From contig JAYGFR010000103.1 in NCBI GenBank assembly GCA_046581755.1, positions 32,001 to 96,000 on the forward strand: a stretch of 64,000 bases of DNA, in the 5' to 3' direction. A program made the translations under genes and the position numbers. Numbering within the stretch: the first letter of the stretch is position 1; each line of letters begins with the position of its first letter. Below, in pieces: positions 28,375 to 38,250 of this stretch. The stretch comes from Nitrospinota bacterium. Its GTDB lineage: Bacteria > UBA8248. The notes under the pieces were generated by a model. The model did not search any database, was not told the origin of the DNA, and was given only the letters and a program-made list of their open reading frames with translations.

Positions 28375-29199
28375 TCACCTCCGGGGCGGCTTGGAGGGCA
28401 TCTCAACGATCCGGACTATGTGATCGCCGGAGACAGGGCGCCCGCCCTGCCTGCGCTGGATCCCCCAGCCCTTGAGGCGAAAGGTCCGGCCCGGAGCCGT
28501 TCGGGGCGGAATCTCGACGTGGGCGGCGCCCCGGACGGTGAAGACGCGCACGGTTCCCCCGGCGATCAGGCGGAACCGGGGGACGCCCACCTCGCTGTGC
28601 ACGTCGAGGCCGCGCCGCTCCAAGGCGGGATGGCGCGCCGAGGTCACCGTGAGAACCAGGTCTCCCGGCCTGCCCCCCGCGCTGCCAGGAGCCCCCTCCA
28701 TGGGAACCCGGACCTTCTCCCCGTCCTCGAGGCCGGAGGGAAGGAGGGCGTTCACGAGCGCCTCCTCGAATATCTCGCCCGCCCCGCCGCACACCTTGCA
28801 CGATCCCACCCCGGACGCCTCGGACAACCCGGGCGACCCGCCGCAATCCGGGCAGGCGAAGGGCCGCTGTATCCGGACGCCGACCTCACCGCCCGCAGCC
28901 GCCTCGAGGAAATCCACCATGATGTCGAAGTGAAGATCGCGCCCCCGCGCCGACAGGTCGTCCGAGGCGTCCAGGGTGGGGGGTGCATCCTCTCCCGCCC
29001 CCGAGATCAGCGCCTGGTAGGCCTCGCCGATCTCCTTGAAGCGCGCCTCCATTTCCAGCTGGCCGGCGTGGCGATCCGGATGAAATTCGAAGGCCAGCCG
29101 CCGGTAGGCGCGGTGAATATCCTCCTGCGCGGCGGTCCCCGAGAGGCCCAGAATCGCAAGTGCGCTCTTTTTCGAAATCGGAGGCGGTTTGGGAGACAA
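28375..29199 (-). CDS. DnaJ/CbpA-like co-chaperone
   Basis: TTG start after AAGGAGG. J domain with HPD, CPDCGG/CKVCGGAG, DnaJ C-terminal domain (GDLVL, FRLKGWG). Confidence 0.85.
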   Translation of the reverse strand: MSPKPPPISKKSALAILGLSGTAAQEDIHRAYRRLAFEFHPDRHAGQLEMEARFKEIGEAYQALISGAGEDAPPTLDASDDLSARGRDLHFDIMVDFLEAAAGGEVGVRIQRPFACPDCGGSPGLSEASGVGSCKVCGGAGEIFEEALVNALLPSGLEDGEKVRVPMEGAPGSAGGRPGDLVLTVTSARHPALERRGLDVHSEVGVPRFRLIAGGTVRVFTVRGAAHVEIPPRTAPGRTFRLKGWGIQRRQGGRPVSGDHIVRIVEMPSKPPRR

Positions 29200-29300
29200 G
29201 GGGCTCCCTCCTTCGGGCGGAGGCGCGAAATGCGCCCGCCCCCCTATTTTTTCACCGATTCGCCAGGAGTCAAGGGGGGGGGCGGCGGTCGGGCCGACCC

Positions 29301-30176
29301 TCAGGGCGCGTTCACGGCGATCAGGACCACCCCGAGGAACAAGGCGATGGCGCCCACCCACTTCTGCCAGGTCAGGATTTCCTCGTCCCGGAGCCAGATC
29401 CGGGTGAAGATGAGGGCGAACAGCGGCGCGGCGTAGCCGATCGGGACGACGATGGAGACCGCCCCGAACTGGAAGGCCGAAAAGAAGACGAGGAACGAGA
29501 GCGAATTGAGGAGCCCGGTGAGAATCATCATCTTGTGGCCGCCCGGCTCGATGCGCCACCGCTCCTCGGGGGGAAGGAACGGCAGGAACACGAGCAAGGC
29601 GGGCAAGGACGCGAGGCTCGCGATGATGATGCCGATTAGAATGTCCGGGAACAGCAAAAGGGAAAACCGGCGCGACGTCGAGGCGAAGGCCATGACGATC
29701 GAATGCGCGACCGGAAGGAGGAGAAAAATCCGCCGCCAGTCCCTGTCGCGCTCGGGTTTGAGGGCGATGAGAAAACACCCCGAAACCACCAGGGCGGTGG
29801 CCCCGAAAATGGCCGGGCCCGGCCGCTCGCGCAGCCAGAGGATCGCCACCATCGTCGAGAGGAACGGGGTCATCGTGATCAGCGGCATCGCCCGGCCCAC
29901 CCCGACATACTTGATGGCGAGGTAGACCAGCGGGCGCGCCAGGCCGGGAGCCAGAAACCCGGTCAGCGAGAACCAAAGGACCGCCTCCCAGGTGAGTTTT
30001 CCCCAATCCGAGAAATAGAGAGAAAGGGCGAACATCACCGGCAGGCCGACCACGACGGAAATCAGCGAGGCCGAAAGGGCGCTGCCCAGGTGCATGGCCT
30101 TTCGGGCCATGACGCTGAACGCCCCGAATGTTATCGCCGCGGAGATGGCCAGCCCGATGGCGATATAGTTGTTCAA
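29301..30176 (-). CDS. DMT/EamA-family transporter
   Basis: About 10 TM helices in two repeats, LRER and LRDEE end motifs. Confidence 0.88.
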   Translation of the reverse strand: MNNYIAIGLAISAAITFGAFSVMARKAMHLGSALSASLISVVVGLPVMFALSLYFSDWGKLTWEAVLWFSLTGFLAPGLARPLVYLAIKYVGVGRAMPLITMTPFLSTMVAILWLRERPGPAIFGATALVVSGCFLIALKPERDRDWRRIFLLLPVAHSIVMAFASTSRRFSLLLFPDILIGIIIASLASLPALLVFLPFLPPEERWRIEPGGHKMMILTGLLNSLSFLVFFSAFQFGAVSIVVPIGYAAPLFALIFTRIWLRDEEILTWQKWVGAIALFLGVVLIAVNAP

Positions 30177-30336
30177 GGCGAACCCCTGGGTTTCGAAAAT
30201 GAAACGCGCGCGGGCGAGCCGCGCGTTCGGGCCGATGGGGGCGAACGGGAATGAGGCGGAAGCCCGGAGCGCCTGGCTCCCACCCCGGCTCCTCTAATGA
30301 ATGGCTGGCCCGCCAGGTGGAAGATGGCCCGCCGGG

Positions 30337-31560
30337 CTAGAAGTAGGTCTGCCCGGGCTCGACGGGGGGCGTCCACTCGCAATCGCCGAAGGGCCCATCG
30401 CCGTTTTCCTTCACGTAGGCGATCCGGTCATCGTTTACCTTGCTCTCGAATAGGGCGCGGTGGAGCCAATCGAGGATGTAATGATGGTTGTCCAGCCCGC
30501 CCAGGTTCGTCAGGTTCACCAGCGGGTGGAACTGGTTCTCGAACACCCACATTTCCTTTTTGCAAGTTAGATCGCTGTAGACCTCGATCGCGTCCTCGAG
30601 CGGGCAGAGGGGATCGAACTCGCCCGTGACGAGCAGGGTGGGACACGCCACCTTGTCCATGTAGCCCTTGACGGTCATCGTCCGGGCCATCTCGTCGAAT
30701 TCATCCTCGTCCGATATGCCCGCCATGTACATGAACACCTGCTTAAAGCGGGGGCTGGACTGGGTGAAGATGGTGTTGTTCGGGTTGAAGCAGGCCACGG
30801 CACTCGCCACGGCCGCGATCCGGCGGTCGTAGCTCGCGAGGCGGAGGGACCAGAAGCTACCCATGCTGATTCCGTAGATGCCGATCTTCGAGGGTTCGAC
30901 CTCCTCGCGCCCCAGCAGGTATTCGATGACGGCGGCGCCGGCGCGCTCGTAATTGTCCCCCACCGCGCGGATCTTCTGGATGTTCGAGTCCCCCTGTCCG
31001 GGGCCGTCCATGGTGATGACGTGGAAACCCCGCTCGGCGGCCACGTTGTGGCGCGCGTGGGGGAACGACTCCTTGGTCTGGTCCATGCCCGGAACGTAGA
31101 TGATGCAGGGCGCCTTCCGCCGGTCGGGCAGGAGATGGAGCAGGCAGGAGATCGTCTTCCCGTCGTCGAAGGGAATCTGAACGCGCTCGATGGGATAGGA
31201 GGCGACCTCCGAGCGGCGGTCCACCATCTCCTTGAGTTTATCGCAGAGATATATTTTCACCGGGTTGTCGTCGTAGAAGATCGGGTGCTGCGCCATCCGG
31301 TAGGCCTCGACGGCGTGATCGTAGTGCTCGGTGGCGGTGTGGTTGAACCCTTCGGCCTGGGCTTTTTTGGCGAGCTTCTCGTGGAACTCGGCCGATTCGC
31401 GCCAGACCTTGGGGAGCATCTGATAGTTGTGCGCCCGCTTTCCGCCGGGGACCTCCAGGTAGTCGCGCTCAAAATTCTGCACGCGCCCGCGCATGTTGAG
31501 CGCCAGGTCGAGCATCCACTGTTGGCTGTCGCGTTCGGTTCTGAGTTTCCGGATTGCCAT
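30337..31560 (-). CDS. Alpha/beta hydrolase (FrsA/2,6-dihydroxypseudooxynicotine hydrolase-like)
   Basis: IERVQIPF, PGMDQTKE, MDGPGQG, nucleophile GISMG, GEFDPL, QFH. Confidence 0.82.
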   Translation of the reverse strand: MAIRKLRTERDSQQWMLDLALNMRGRVQNFERDYLEVPGGKRAHNYQMLPKVWRESAEFHEKLAKKAQAEGFNHTATEHYDHAVEAYRMAQHPIFYDDNPVKIYLCDKLKEMVDRRSEVASYPIERVQIPFDDGKTISCLLHLLPDRRKAPCIIYVPGMDQTKESFPHARHNVAAERGFHVITMDGPGQGDSNIQKIRAVGDNYERAGAAVIEYLLGREEVEPSKIGIYGISMGSFWSLRLASYDRRIAAVASAVACFNPNNTIFTQSSPRFKQVFMYMAGISDEDEFDEMARTMTVKGYMDKVACPTLLVTGEFDPLCPLEDAIEVYSDLTCKKEMWVFENQFHPLVNLTNLGGLDNHHYILDWLHRALFESKVNDDRIAYVKENGDGPFGDCEWTPPVEPGQTYF

Positions 31561-31736
31561 TGCACATCTCCTGAAAAGAGCCGCACCGGCGAGCCGCGCC
31601 GGCAAGCCGCCGGCGGTGGAAGTGTTCCGAGTCGGTGCCTCGATGGGATAAGAAACCAGCCAAATGGTACGGCCACCCATGGAAGAGATCAACGAAGATA
31701 GCCGTTCGGGGGCCGAACTAAATATCGGGAGGAAAA

Positions 31737-32906
31737 CTAGTAAACGACGCCCTCATCGCGGAGGGCGTCGATCTCACCGGTCGAATAACCTTCCTCGGCC
31801 AGAACCTCGCCGGTGTGCTCGCCGAGGAGGGGGGGGGCGCCCTTCCGCGTCGAGGCGGCATCGAGGCGGTAGGGCGCCCCTATCATCTGGAGGGTTCCGA
31901 GTTCCGGGTGGGTTTCCCGGGTCAAAAAACCCATGGCGCGCATCTGCTCATCCTCGAGCAGGGCCGAGGACGGCCTTACCCTGGCGCTGGGAACCCCGGC
32001 CTCCTGGAAAAGGACGACCCATTCATCCGCGGATTTTTCCATGAGAATTTTTTGCACCTCGCCGATGATTGCATCGCGGTCAGCGTGGCGCCCGAGGTGG
32101 GTCGCGTAGGCGGGCTCGTTTTTCATCGCCTCCAGGCCCAGCACGTCCAGCGCCCGCTCCCAGAAACCGTCCGCGTCCATGTACACGTAGAATCGCCCGT
32201 CGGCCGAGTCGTAAATCCGCGCGATCCGGTCGCTCAGGGCGTCCCGCACATTATCGAGCGGCTCGCGCTCGGAGGCCCACACGAGCCGGCCCATCTGCAT
32301 GGCGGCGGCGCTCCCCAGCAGGCAGGCGTCGATATACTGGCCCCGCCCGGTGCGTTCGCGCTCTAGGAGCGCCATCGTCACGGCGTTTACCGCGAGCGCC
32401 CCGGTGAAGTAGTCCACGAAGTGGCCCTGGACCAGCCGGGGCTCGCCGTTCTCGGTCTGCTGGGAGGGAATTCCGGCGTCGGTCTGAAGAATGGGGTCGA
32501 GCCCCCGCCGGGCCCGGAGGGGCCCCTTCTGTCCGTAGGCCGAGATAGAAGCGTAGACGAGCCGGGGGTTGATTCGGGAGAGCGTCTCGTAGCCGAGCCC
32601 GAGATCATCGGCGACGCCGGGGCGGTTTCCCTCGATGAATACGTCGGCGCCCTCCGCCATGCGGAGGACGATCTCCCGGCCCCGCTTTTTCTTGAGATCG
32701 ATGGCGAGGCTGCGTTTGCTCCGGTTGAGGCCGAGGAAGAGGCGGCTGCCTCCCTCGAGGGTGGAGGGAAAGTAGCGGATGGTGTCCCCGCCGGGCGGTT
32801 CGATCTTCACCACGTCCGCCCCGCCGTCGGCCAGCAAGAGCGTACAGAACGGCCCCGCCACGTAGTGGGTCAGGTCGAGAACGCGGACCCCGTCGAGCGC
32901 ACCCAA
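31737..32906 (-). CDS. CoA-transferase family III (CaiB/BaiF)
   Basis: LDGVRVLDL, AGPF, GADVVKIEPP.GD, NRSKRS, NRPG, SAYGQKGP, PPLLGEHT. Confidence 0.93.
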   Translation of the reverse strand: MGALDGVRVLDLTHYVAGPFCTLLLADGGADVVKIEPPGGDTIRYFPSTLEGGSRLFLGLNRSKRSLAIDLKKKRGREIVLRMAEGADVFIEGNRPGVADDLGLGYETLSRINPRLVYASISAYGQKGPLRARRGLDPILQTDAGIPSQQTENGEPRLVQGHFVDYFTGALAVNAVTMALLERERTGRGQYIDACLLGSAAAMQMGRLVWASEREPLDNVRDALSDRIARIYDSADGRFYVYMDADGFWERALDVLGLEAMKNEPAYATHLGRHADRDAIIGEVQKILMEKSADEWVVLFQEAGVPSARVRPSSALLEDEQMRAMGFLTRETHPELGTLQMIGAPYRLDAASTRKGAPPLLGEHTGEVLAEEGYSTGEIDALRDEGVVY

Positions 32907-33048
32907 CTCAGGCCTCCCGCGCGCGCCGGACCGGCGGTGGGCCCTCGGAAGCGCCCGCGCACGATTTCGATTTCACCGGCGAGCTTTTCATTGCCGCGCT
33001 CCAGAAGGACGAAGAAGTGCTCGCTCCACCCCCGGCCACTTTTTCCTC

Positions 33049-33102
33049 TTCGCCGAAATTCTCGACCTCGCCAAATTTTTCGACTTCGCCGAATTTTTCC
33101 AA
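33049..33102. repeat. 18-bp tandem repeat, 3 degenerate copies
   Basis: TTCGCCGAAATTCTCGAC CTCGCCAAATTTTTCGAC TTCGCCGAATTTTTCCAA. Confidence 0.7.
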
Positions 33103-33181
33103 CTCAAAGATGCACCCTCTCCCGTTTCGGCCGAATCGCAACCCCGCCCATATCTCCTCGCGCGGCTGCTTTTGAAACGGG

Positions 33182-34156
33182 TCACACCTTCAAAACGATT
33201 TTTCCCGCCACCTTGCCCGTCATCAGAACCTCGTGGGCGCGCGCCGCCTCGGCGAGGGGGATCTCCTCGCCGACGAGGGCGCGGACCTTTCCCTGCTCGA
33301 GGAGGTAGTTCACCTGACGGATCATGTCGGGGAACACGGCGTCCGTATTAAAGAGGCTCATCCCGCGCACGTCGATGTCCTTCGAGTAGAAGGGCGGGTA
33401 GGTGACCGAACCCACCATGCTCTTTCCAGTCCCGGCGCCCAGAAGCACCATCGTCCCGCCCTTTTTGAGCGCCCGGCAGCTTTCGTCGAAATTCTCGGCC
33501 GAGACCATCTCGATGACCACGTCCACCCCCACCCCGCCACTCTCGGCGACGCAGCGGTCGGCGAAATCTTCCTCGCGGTAGTTCACCACCACGTCCGCGC
33601 CCAGCGACTCGGCAACGGCGGCCTTTTCCTTTGAACTGACCGTCGTGATGACGCGGGCGCCGGCCGCCTTGGCGATCTGAATTGCCATCGACCCCACGCC
33701 CCCCGCGCCGGCGTGGACGAGTATTGTCTGGCCGGGCTGAATCCCAGCCTTGACGACAACGGCGTTAAAAGCCGTATAGAGCACCACCGGGAACGAGGCG
33801 CACTCCTCGAACGAGAGGTTCGAGGGAATCCGGGCGGTCCGCAGGCCGTTCAGCGCGGTCTTTTCCGCATAGCTTCCGGTCATGGCCGCCCCGAACACGC
33901 GGTCCCCCGCCCCGAACCCCTCAACACCCTCGCCCACCTCGATCACCTCGCCAGCCGCGTCGATTCCGGGCGTCCAGGGAAGTTTGAGGGATTTCGAGAG
34001 CGGATGAGCGCCCGAGCGGAAGGTGGTGTCCACCGGATTCACCCCGGCCGCCCGCACCTGGATAAGCAGCTGACCCGGACCGGCCGAAGGCTCCTCCGCC
34101 TCCTCGAATTTCATCACTTCGGGTCCGCCGAATTCGTGAACCTGAATCGCTTTCAT
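33182..34156 (-). CDS. NADPH:quinone reductase-like MDR, paralog 3
   Basis: MKAIQVHEFGGPEV, AAGVNPVD, GSYAE, HAGAGGVG, GKIVL. 324 aa. Confidence 0.92.
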   Translation of the reverse strand: MKAIQVHEFGGPEVMKFEEAEEPSAGPGQLLIQVRAAGVNPVDTTFRSGAHPLSKSLKLPWTPGIDAAGEVIEVGEGVEGFGAGDRVFGAAMTGSYAEKTALNGLRTARIPSNLSFEECASFPVVLYTAFNAVVVKAGIQPGQTILVHAGAGGVGSMAIQIAKAAGARVITTVSSKEKAAVAESLGADVVVNYREEDFADRCVAESGGVGVDVVIEMVSAENFDESCRALKKGGTMVLLGAGTGKSMVGSVTYPPFYSKDIDVRGMSLFNTDAVFPDMIRQVNYLLEQGKVRALVGEEIPLAEAARAHEVLMTGKVAGKIVLKV

Positions 34157-34360
34157 GCCGCCTCCTCCCGGAATGGCCCCGTAAACGCGAGGAAGTCCAT
34201 TCTAAAAACAGAGTGAAATATCCGTTGAAATGGAAGGCGCTCCAACAGCGGCGCCACGGGCCCGGAGCCCTTTGTTTATTTGCGATCAGCGAGGATCAAC
34301 CCTTAGCACACTACCGCCGGGCTGCCCACCCGATCCGGGCCAAACTTCGAACTCTTGATC

Positions 34361-34388
34361 TTGACATTCCGCTCCGGCGGGCGATAAT
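34361..34388 (+). promoter_or_regulatory. sigma70-like promoter for the TRAP operon
   Basis: TTGACA-N16-GATAAT. Confidence 0.55.
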
Positions 34389-34556
34389 GGCTGACATAAT
34401 GCACACATGAAGGAAACGGTTTGGAATAATCCGATTTTCACCGGATCGTCTCTGTTGCGTTTTGGTTCCACCTTCGCCGGTCTGCCGCCCATTGGGAATC
34501 CAATCAGCGGACAGAGTTGATCAGCCGGCAATTCTTTTATCGGGAGGAGTTTCCGC

Positions 34557-35573
34557 ATGAAAAGAACAACGACTCTGCTGATCGCGGCCGCCGTGGCCGC
34601 CGCGTTCGCCTCGGCACCGGCCATGGCGGCGGAGCGCTACCGCTTCGGCGGCGGCCCCTCGGGCGGCGCCTGGCACCCCTCCATCAGCGCCGGCACCCAG
34701 CTTCTCAACCGCAAAATTGGCAAAAAATTCTACTTCCAGTACTCCCCCTCGGCGGGTTCGGTCGCCAACGTGCGCCGGGTGAGCCTGGGCGAGTTCGCCA
34801 CCGCATGGGGCCACGTGGGCCAAGTTTACCAGTCATGGACCGGGACCGGCCTCTTCAAGAAGGACGGGGCCAGCAAGGACTTCCGCATCGTCGCCAACGT
34901 GCGGAAACAGTCGCAGGTCATCGCCGTCCTGGCCGACACTCCGGTGAAATCGTTCTCCGACATGGCCGGAAAAGTCGTGAACCTGCTCAAACAGGGCACG
35001 GGAAGCCACGTGAACTGCCGGAACATTTTCTCCACTCTCGGGCTTTATAACAACGCCAACCCCAAGGCCTCGAAAATCAAGCCGCGCTATCTGGGCTTCT
35101 CCGCAGCGGGCCGCGCCCTCGGCGACCGCCAGATCGACGTCTTCTGCTCGGCCGGCGCCCCCTTTACGATTCCGGCCGTCACCCGTATTTCCATCCGCAA
35201 GGCGGTCCGCTACATCGGCCTGACGGTAGCGGAGCAGAAGAAAATCACGAGTAAATTCAAGTTCTACTCGCCGGTTACCATTCCCGTGCAGAAGGAAGTG
35301 CGGGGAATGAAGTCGCCCGCCCGCTCCATCGCCTACGACGTGTGGTGGATCGCGCATAAGCAGATGTCCAACGCCGCCGTCTACAATATGCTCAAGGTGA
35401 TCGCCAGCCCGGCAAACCTCAAGCAGCTCACCAAGACAGCCCGCTACTGGCGGGATCTGGGCGGAAACTTCAACTCCCTCATACAGCACAAGATCTGGGT
35501 CCATCCCGCCGCCGCGCGCTACTGGAAAGAGCGCGGCGTGAACGTGCCGGCAGAGGTGGTAAAAGGGTTCTAG
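34557..35573 (+). CDS. TAXI-family TRAP transporter solute-binding protein
   Basis: Signal peptide (AMA-AE), GGGPSGGAW, SAGSVANV, GTGSH, DRQIDVF, HPAAARYWKE. Confidence 0.92.
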   Translation: MKRTTTLLIAAAVAAAFASAPAMAAERYRFGGGPSGGAWHPSISAGTQLLNRKIGKKFYFQYSPSAGSVANVRRVSLGEFATAWGHVGQVYQSWTGTGLFKKDGASKDFRIVANVRKQSQVIAVLADTPVKSFSDMAGKVVNLLKQGTGSHVNCRNIFSTLGLYNNANPKASKIKPRYLGFSAAGRALGDRQIDVFCSAGAPFTIPAVTRISIRKAVRYIGLTVAEQKKITSKFKFYSPVTIPVQKEVRGMKSPARSIAYDVWWIAHKQMSNAAVYNMLKVIASPANLKQLTKTARYWRDLGGNFNSLIQHKIWVHPAAARYWKERGVNVPAEVVKGF

Positions 35574-35624
35574 GGAAATCTCTCCCGGCACTCTATGCGC
35601 GCCGGTGAACCGGGGCAGGATTCA

Positions 35625-35659
35625 GGGAAGGGGGGTGGAGACGATCCGCCTCCCTTCCC
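35625..35659 (+). terminator. Strong intercistronic stem-loop between SBP and permease genes
   Basis: GGGAAGGGGGGTGGA-gacga-TCCGCCTCCCTTCCC with a T-rich tract about 15 nt downstream. Confidence 0.6.
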
Positions 35660-35721
35660 GCCCCTGAAATTCAATCTTTTTTTCATAGCCGCGAAGGCAA
35701 ATCGCCCTCCAAGGGAATCCC

Positions 35722-38229
35722 ATGCTTCGAAATTTACTCTCCTTTCTCATCAAAATGGGCATCATCGCCGAGGCCATGGTCAAGCCCCGCGAACTGACCG
35801 GGTTCACGCGGGTGCTGGTCGCCGTCATCGCCGTATCGTTCTCCTATTTCTTCATCCATATCTCATTCTTCGGACCGCCCATTTCCGAGATTTTCAAGGG
35901 CACCTACATCCTCGCCACGGCGATCCTTTGCATCCTAATTTACAGGGGCCGCCAGATGCCCATCCGGGATGGCTTCTCCTACTTGGACGAGATGTTCATC
36001 TTTCTCACCCACGTGACCATGTGCGCCTCCCTCCTGGTGTTGGTCCACTGGGGACTGTTCGATCGGACCTTCCTGTGGGACAACTACAAGGGCCCGGGCG
36101 CAGCCGCCGCCGCCATCCTGGGGGCGATCCTCGGGGCAATCCTCTACTGGAAAGAGGCGACCCGGGATGAAATTTCCGATGCTACTCTCCTCTCGGATTG
36201 GCTCTACCTCTTTTCCGCCATAGCGCCCATCGTTTGGTGGGTGGTCGAAAACGTGAATCTGGTCGAGCGGGTCGGCGGCCCGGTGCCCACCTCGATCGTC
36301 GTCTTCGCCGGCCTCCTGGTGGCCGTAAGCTTTGACATCGCCCGGCGTGTCATCGGACCCGTAATCCCGCTCATCGGCTTTTTCTTTCTGATTTACACTT
36401 TCAAGCCCATCGCCCAAATCTCGCCCGGGCTTTTCTTCCACGACGGCTTCGGGCTGGCCCGCGTGATGGAGTTTCTCATACTCGAGGCGGACGGCATCAC
36501 CGGCCTCATCGTTGAAGTGTTCGCCACCTACATCGTCATCTTCGTCGTCCTGGGAGCGTTCCTCGAAAAAACCGGCCTCGGCGCCATTCTCATCGACACC
36601 ACCTTCCGCCTCACGGGCCAGCGCACCGGGGGGCCGGCGATGACCGCCGTCATCTCGAGCGGCCTGTTCGGCATGATCTCGGGAAGCGGCGTGGCCAACG
36701 TCGTGACGACGGGAACCTTCACCATCCCGCTCATGAAGCGCGTGGGCTACGATTCCGAGTTCGCCGCCGCCGTCGAGGCGGCCGCCTCGACCGGCGGGGC
36801 CTACATGCCCCCGATCATGGCCGGGGCCGCCTTTCTGATCGCCCAGCTCACCGAGACCAGCTATTTCGAAATCATCAAGATCGCCCTCCTGCCGGCAATC
36901 CTCTACTACCTTTCCCTGCTCTACCTGGTGTATATCCGCGCCGTCCGCAGGGGGCTGCTCGGCGTCTCGGTAGACGAACTTCCCTCGTGGGCAGCCATCC
37001 TGCCGCGCATTCATTTCCTGGTGCCCATCCCTTTCATGGTCTACTACCTCATGATCGGTGATTCGGCCTTTCTCGCGGCCTTCAAGACCATCTGCTTGAT
37101 CCTCATGATCAAGGCCTCCGATTTACTGAACGGAATCCGGACCCCCTGGTCCGGACGGACCTGGCAGCCGTTCCTTGGCCTTTCGATCCTCTTTGGGGTA
37201 CTCGCCTACTATTTCGGGCTCCGGGTGGGCGCGCCGTTTTCCTGGTTCGCCGATAACCTGCGGGGGCTCAACATAGGCGATGGCATCATCTGGACCGTGG
37301 CGGGATACATTGCCCTCAAGATCGGGGAAATCCTCCTGGCCGGATTCCGCAGTCCCCCGGCGGCCGGCGCCTCTCCCTCGCCGCAGCCGGTCGGGGAAGG
37401 CGAGCCGCAGGCCGAATCGGGCGGCGCGCTCTTCTCCAGCCTGGGGGATGCTTTCGTCGAACTGGTCAAGGTGACCTGGATCTCTCTCGAGTCGGGGGCG
37501 CGGAACACCCTCGTCGTCGGGTGCATCGCCTGCGTGCTCGGAATTTTGCTCTCGTGCGCCTCCCAAAGCGATCTCACGGGGCGGATTTCCATCCTGCTCA
37601 CCGATTTCAGCTTCGGCCTTTTGCCGCTCACGATCATGTGGGTCATCATCGCGGGCTACGTCGTGGGCATGGGTCTCCCCATCACGGCGAGCTATGTCGT
37701 ACTTGTCATCTTCGGGGTCATCTCCCTGACGAACCTGGGCGTCCCCACCCTCACCGCCCATCTCATCTGCTTCTGGGTCGCGGTGGTGAGCGCAGTGACG
37801 CCCCCGGTGGCGCTGGCGGCCTACGCGGCGAGCGCCATCGCCCTCTCGGACCCGGTGAAAACCGGCTTCCAGGCGCTCAAGCTGGCTTCGTGGATTTTCA
37901 TCATGCCCTTCCTGTTCGTCTATACGCCCATCCTTCTCACGGGCACGACGACGCAAGTCACGATAACGTTTATCGCCTGTTTGCTGGGCATACTCGGCTG
38001 GGCTGGATGGCTCGAGGGGTTTTTCCTCAAACCGACGACGGGCACGGAGCGAATGCTTCTCCTCGGATCGGCCCTCTGCCTGCTCATGCCCGTGGGGCAA
38101 TTCGCTGCTTTCGCCTTCTCGCTCAAGGGAACCTTCATCTACCCATCCTACGTCATGGGCGCCCTGCTGTTGGTGCTGACCTTTATCATGCAGCGCGGAC
38201 GCGGAGAGGTGGTTTCCCAGACGGCCTGA
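35722..38229 (+). CDS. TRAP transporter fused (4TM/12TM) permease, TAXI type
   Basis: GGPA..AVISS..FGMISGSGVANVVTTG..TIPLMKR, EAAASTGG..PPIM, GMGLP, TPPVALAAYA. Confidence 0.94.
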   Translation: MLRNLLSFLIKMGIIAEAMVKPRELTGFTRVLVAVIAVSFSYFFIHISFFGPPISEIFKGTYILATAILCILIYRGRQMPIRDGFSYLDEMFIFLTHVTMCASLLVLVHWGLFDRTFLWDNYKGPGAAAAAILGAILGAILYWKEATRDEISDATLLSDWLYLFSAIAPIVWWVVENVNLVERVGGPVPTSIVVFAGLLVAVSFDIARRVIGPVIPLIGFFFLIYTFKPIAQISPGLFFHDGFGLARVMEFLILEADGITGLIVEVFATYIVIFVVLGAFLEKTGLGAILIDTTFRLTGQRTGGPAMTAVISSGLFGMISGSGVANVVTTGTFTIPLMKRVGYDSEFAAAVEAAASTGGAYMPPIMAGAAFLIAQLTETSYFEIIKIALLPAILYYLSLLYLVYIRAVRRGLLGVSVDELPSWAAILPRIHFLVPIPFMVYYLMIGDSAFLAAFKTICLILMIKASDLLNGIRTPWSGRTWQPFLGLSILFGVLAYYFGLRVGAPFSWFADNLRGLNIGDGIIWTVAGYIALKIGEILLAGFRSPPAAGASPSPQPVGEGEPQAESGGALFSSLGDAFVELVKVTWISLESGARNTLVVGCIACVLGILLSCASQSDLTGRISILLTDFSFGLLPLTIMWVIIAGYVVGMGLPITASYVVLVIFGVISLTNLGVPTLTAHLICFWVAVVSAVTPPVALAAYAASAIALSDPVKTGFQALKLASWIFIMPFLFVYTPILLTGTTTQVTITFIACLLGILGWAGWLEGFFLKPTTGTERMLLLGSALCLLMPVGQFAAFAFSLKGTFIYPSYVMGALLLVLTFIMQRGRGEVVSQTA

Positions 38230-38250
38230 GCGCACATCAGGAGACCGATC

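Noticed and set aside
28375..30006. 543-aa ORF as a long DnaJ fusion
   Set aside because: The N-terminal half overlaps the EamA gene in another frame. A strong RBS supports the TTG at 29199.
25799..34180. Identical 17-mer CCTCCCGGAATGGCCCC at 25799-25815 and 34164-34180
   Set aside because: Only two copies, non-palindromic, at different distances from starts, and one includes an RBS. Plausibly chance in GC-rich DNA.
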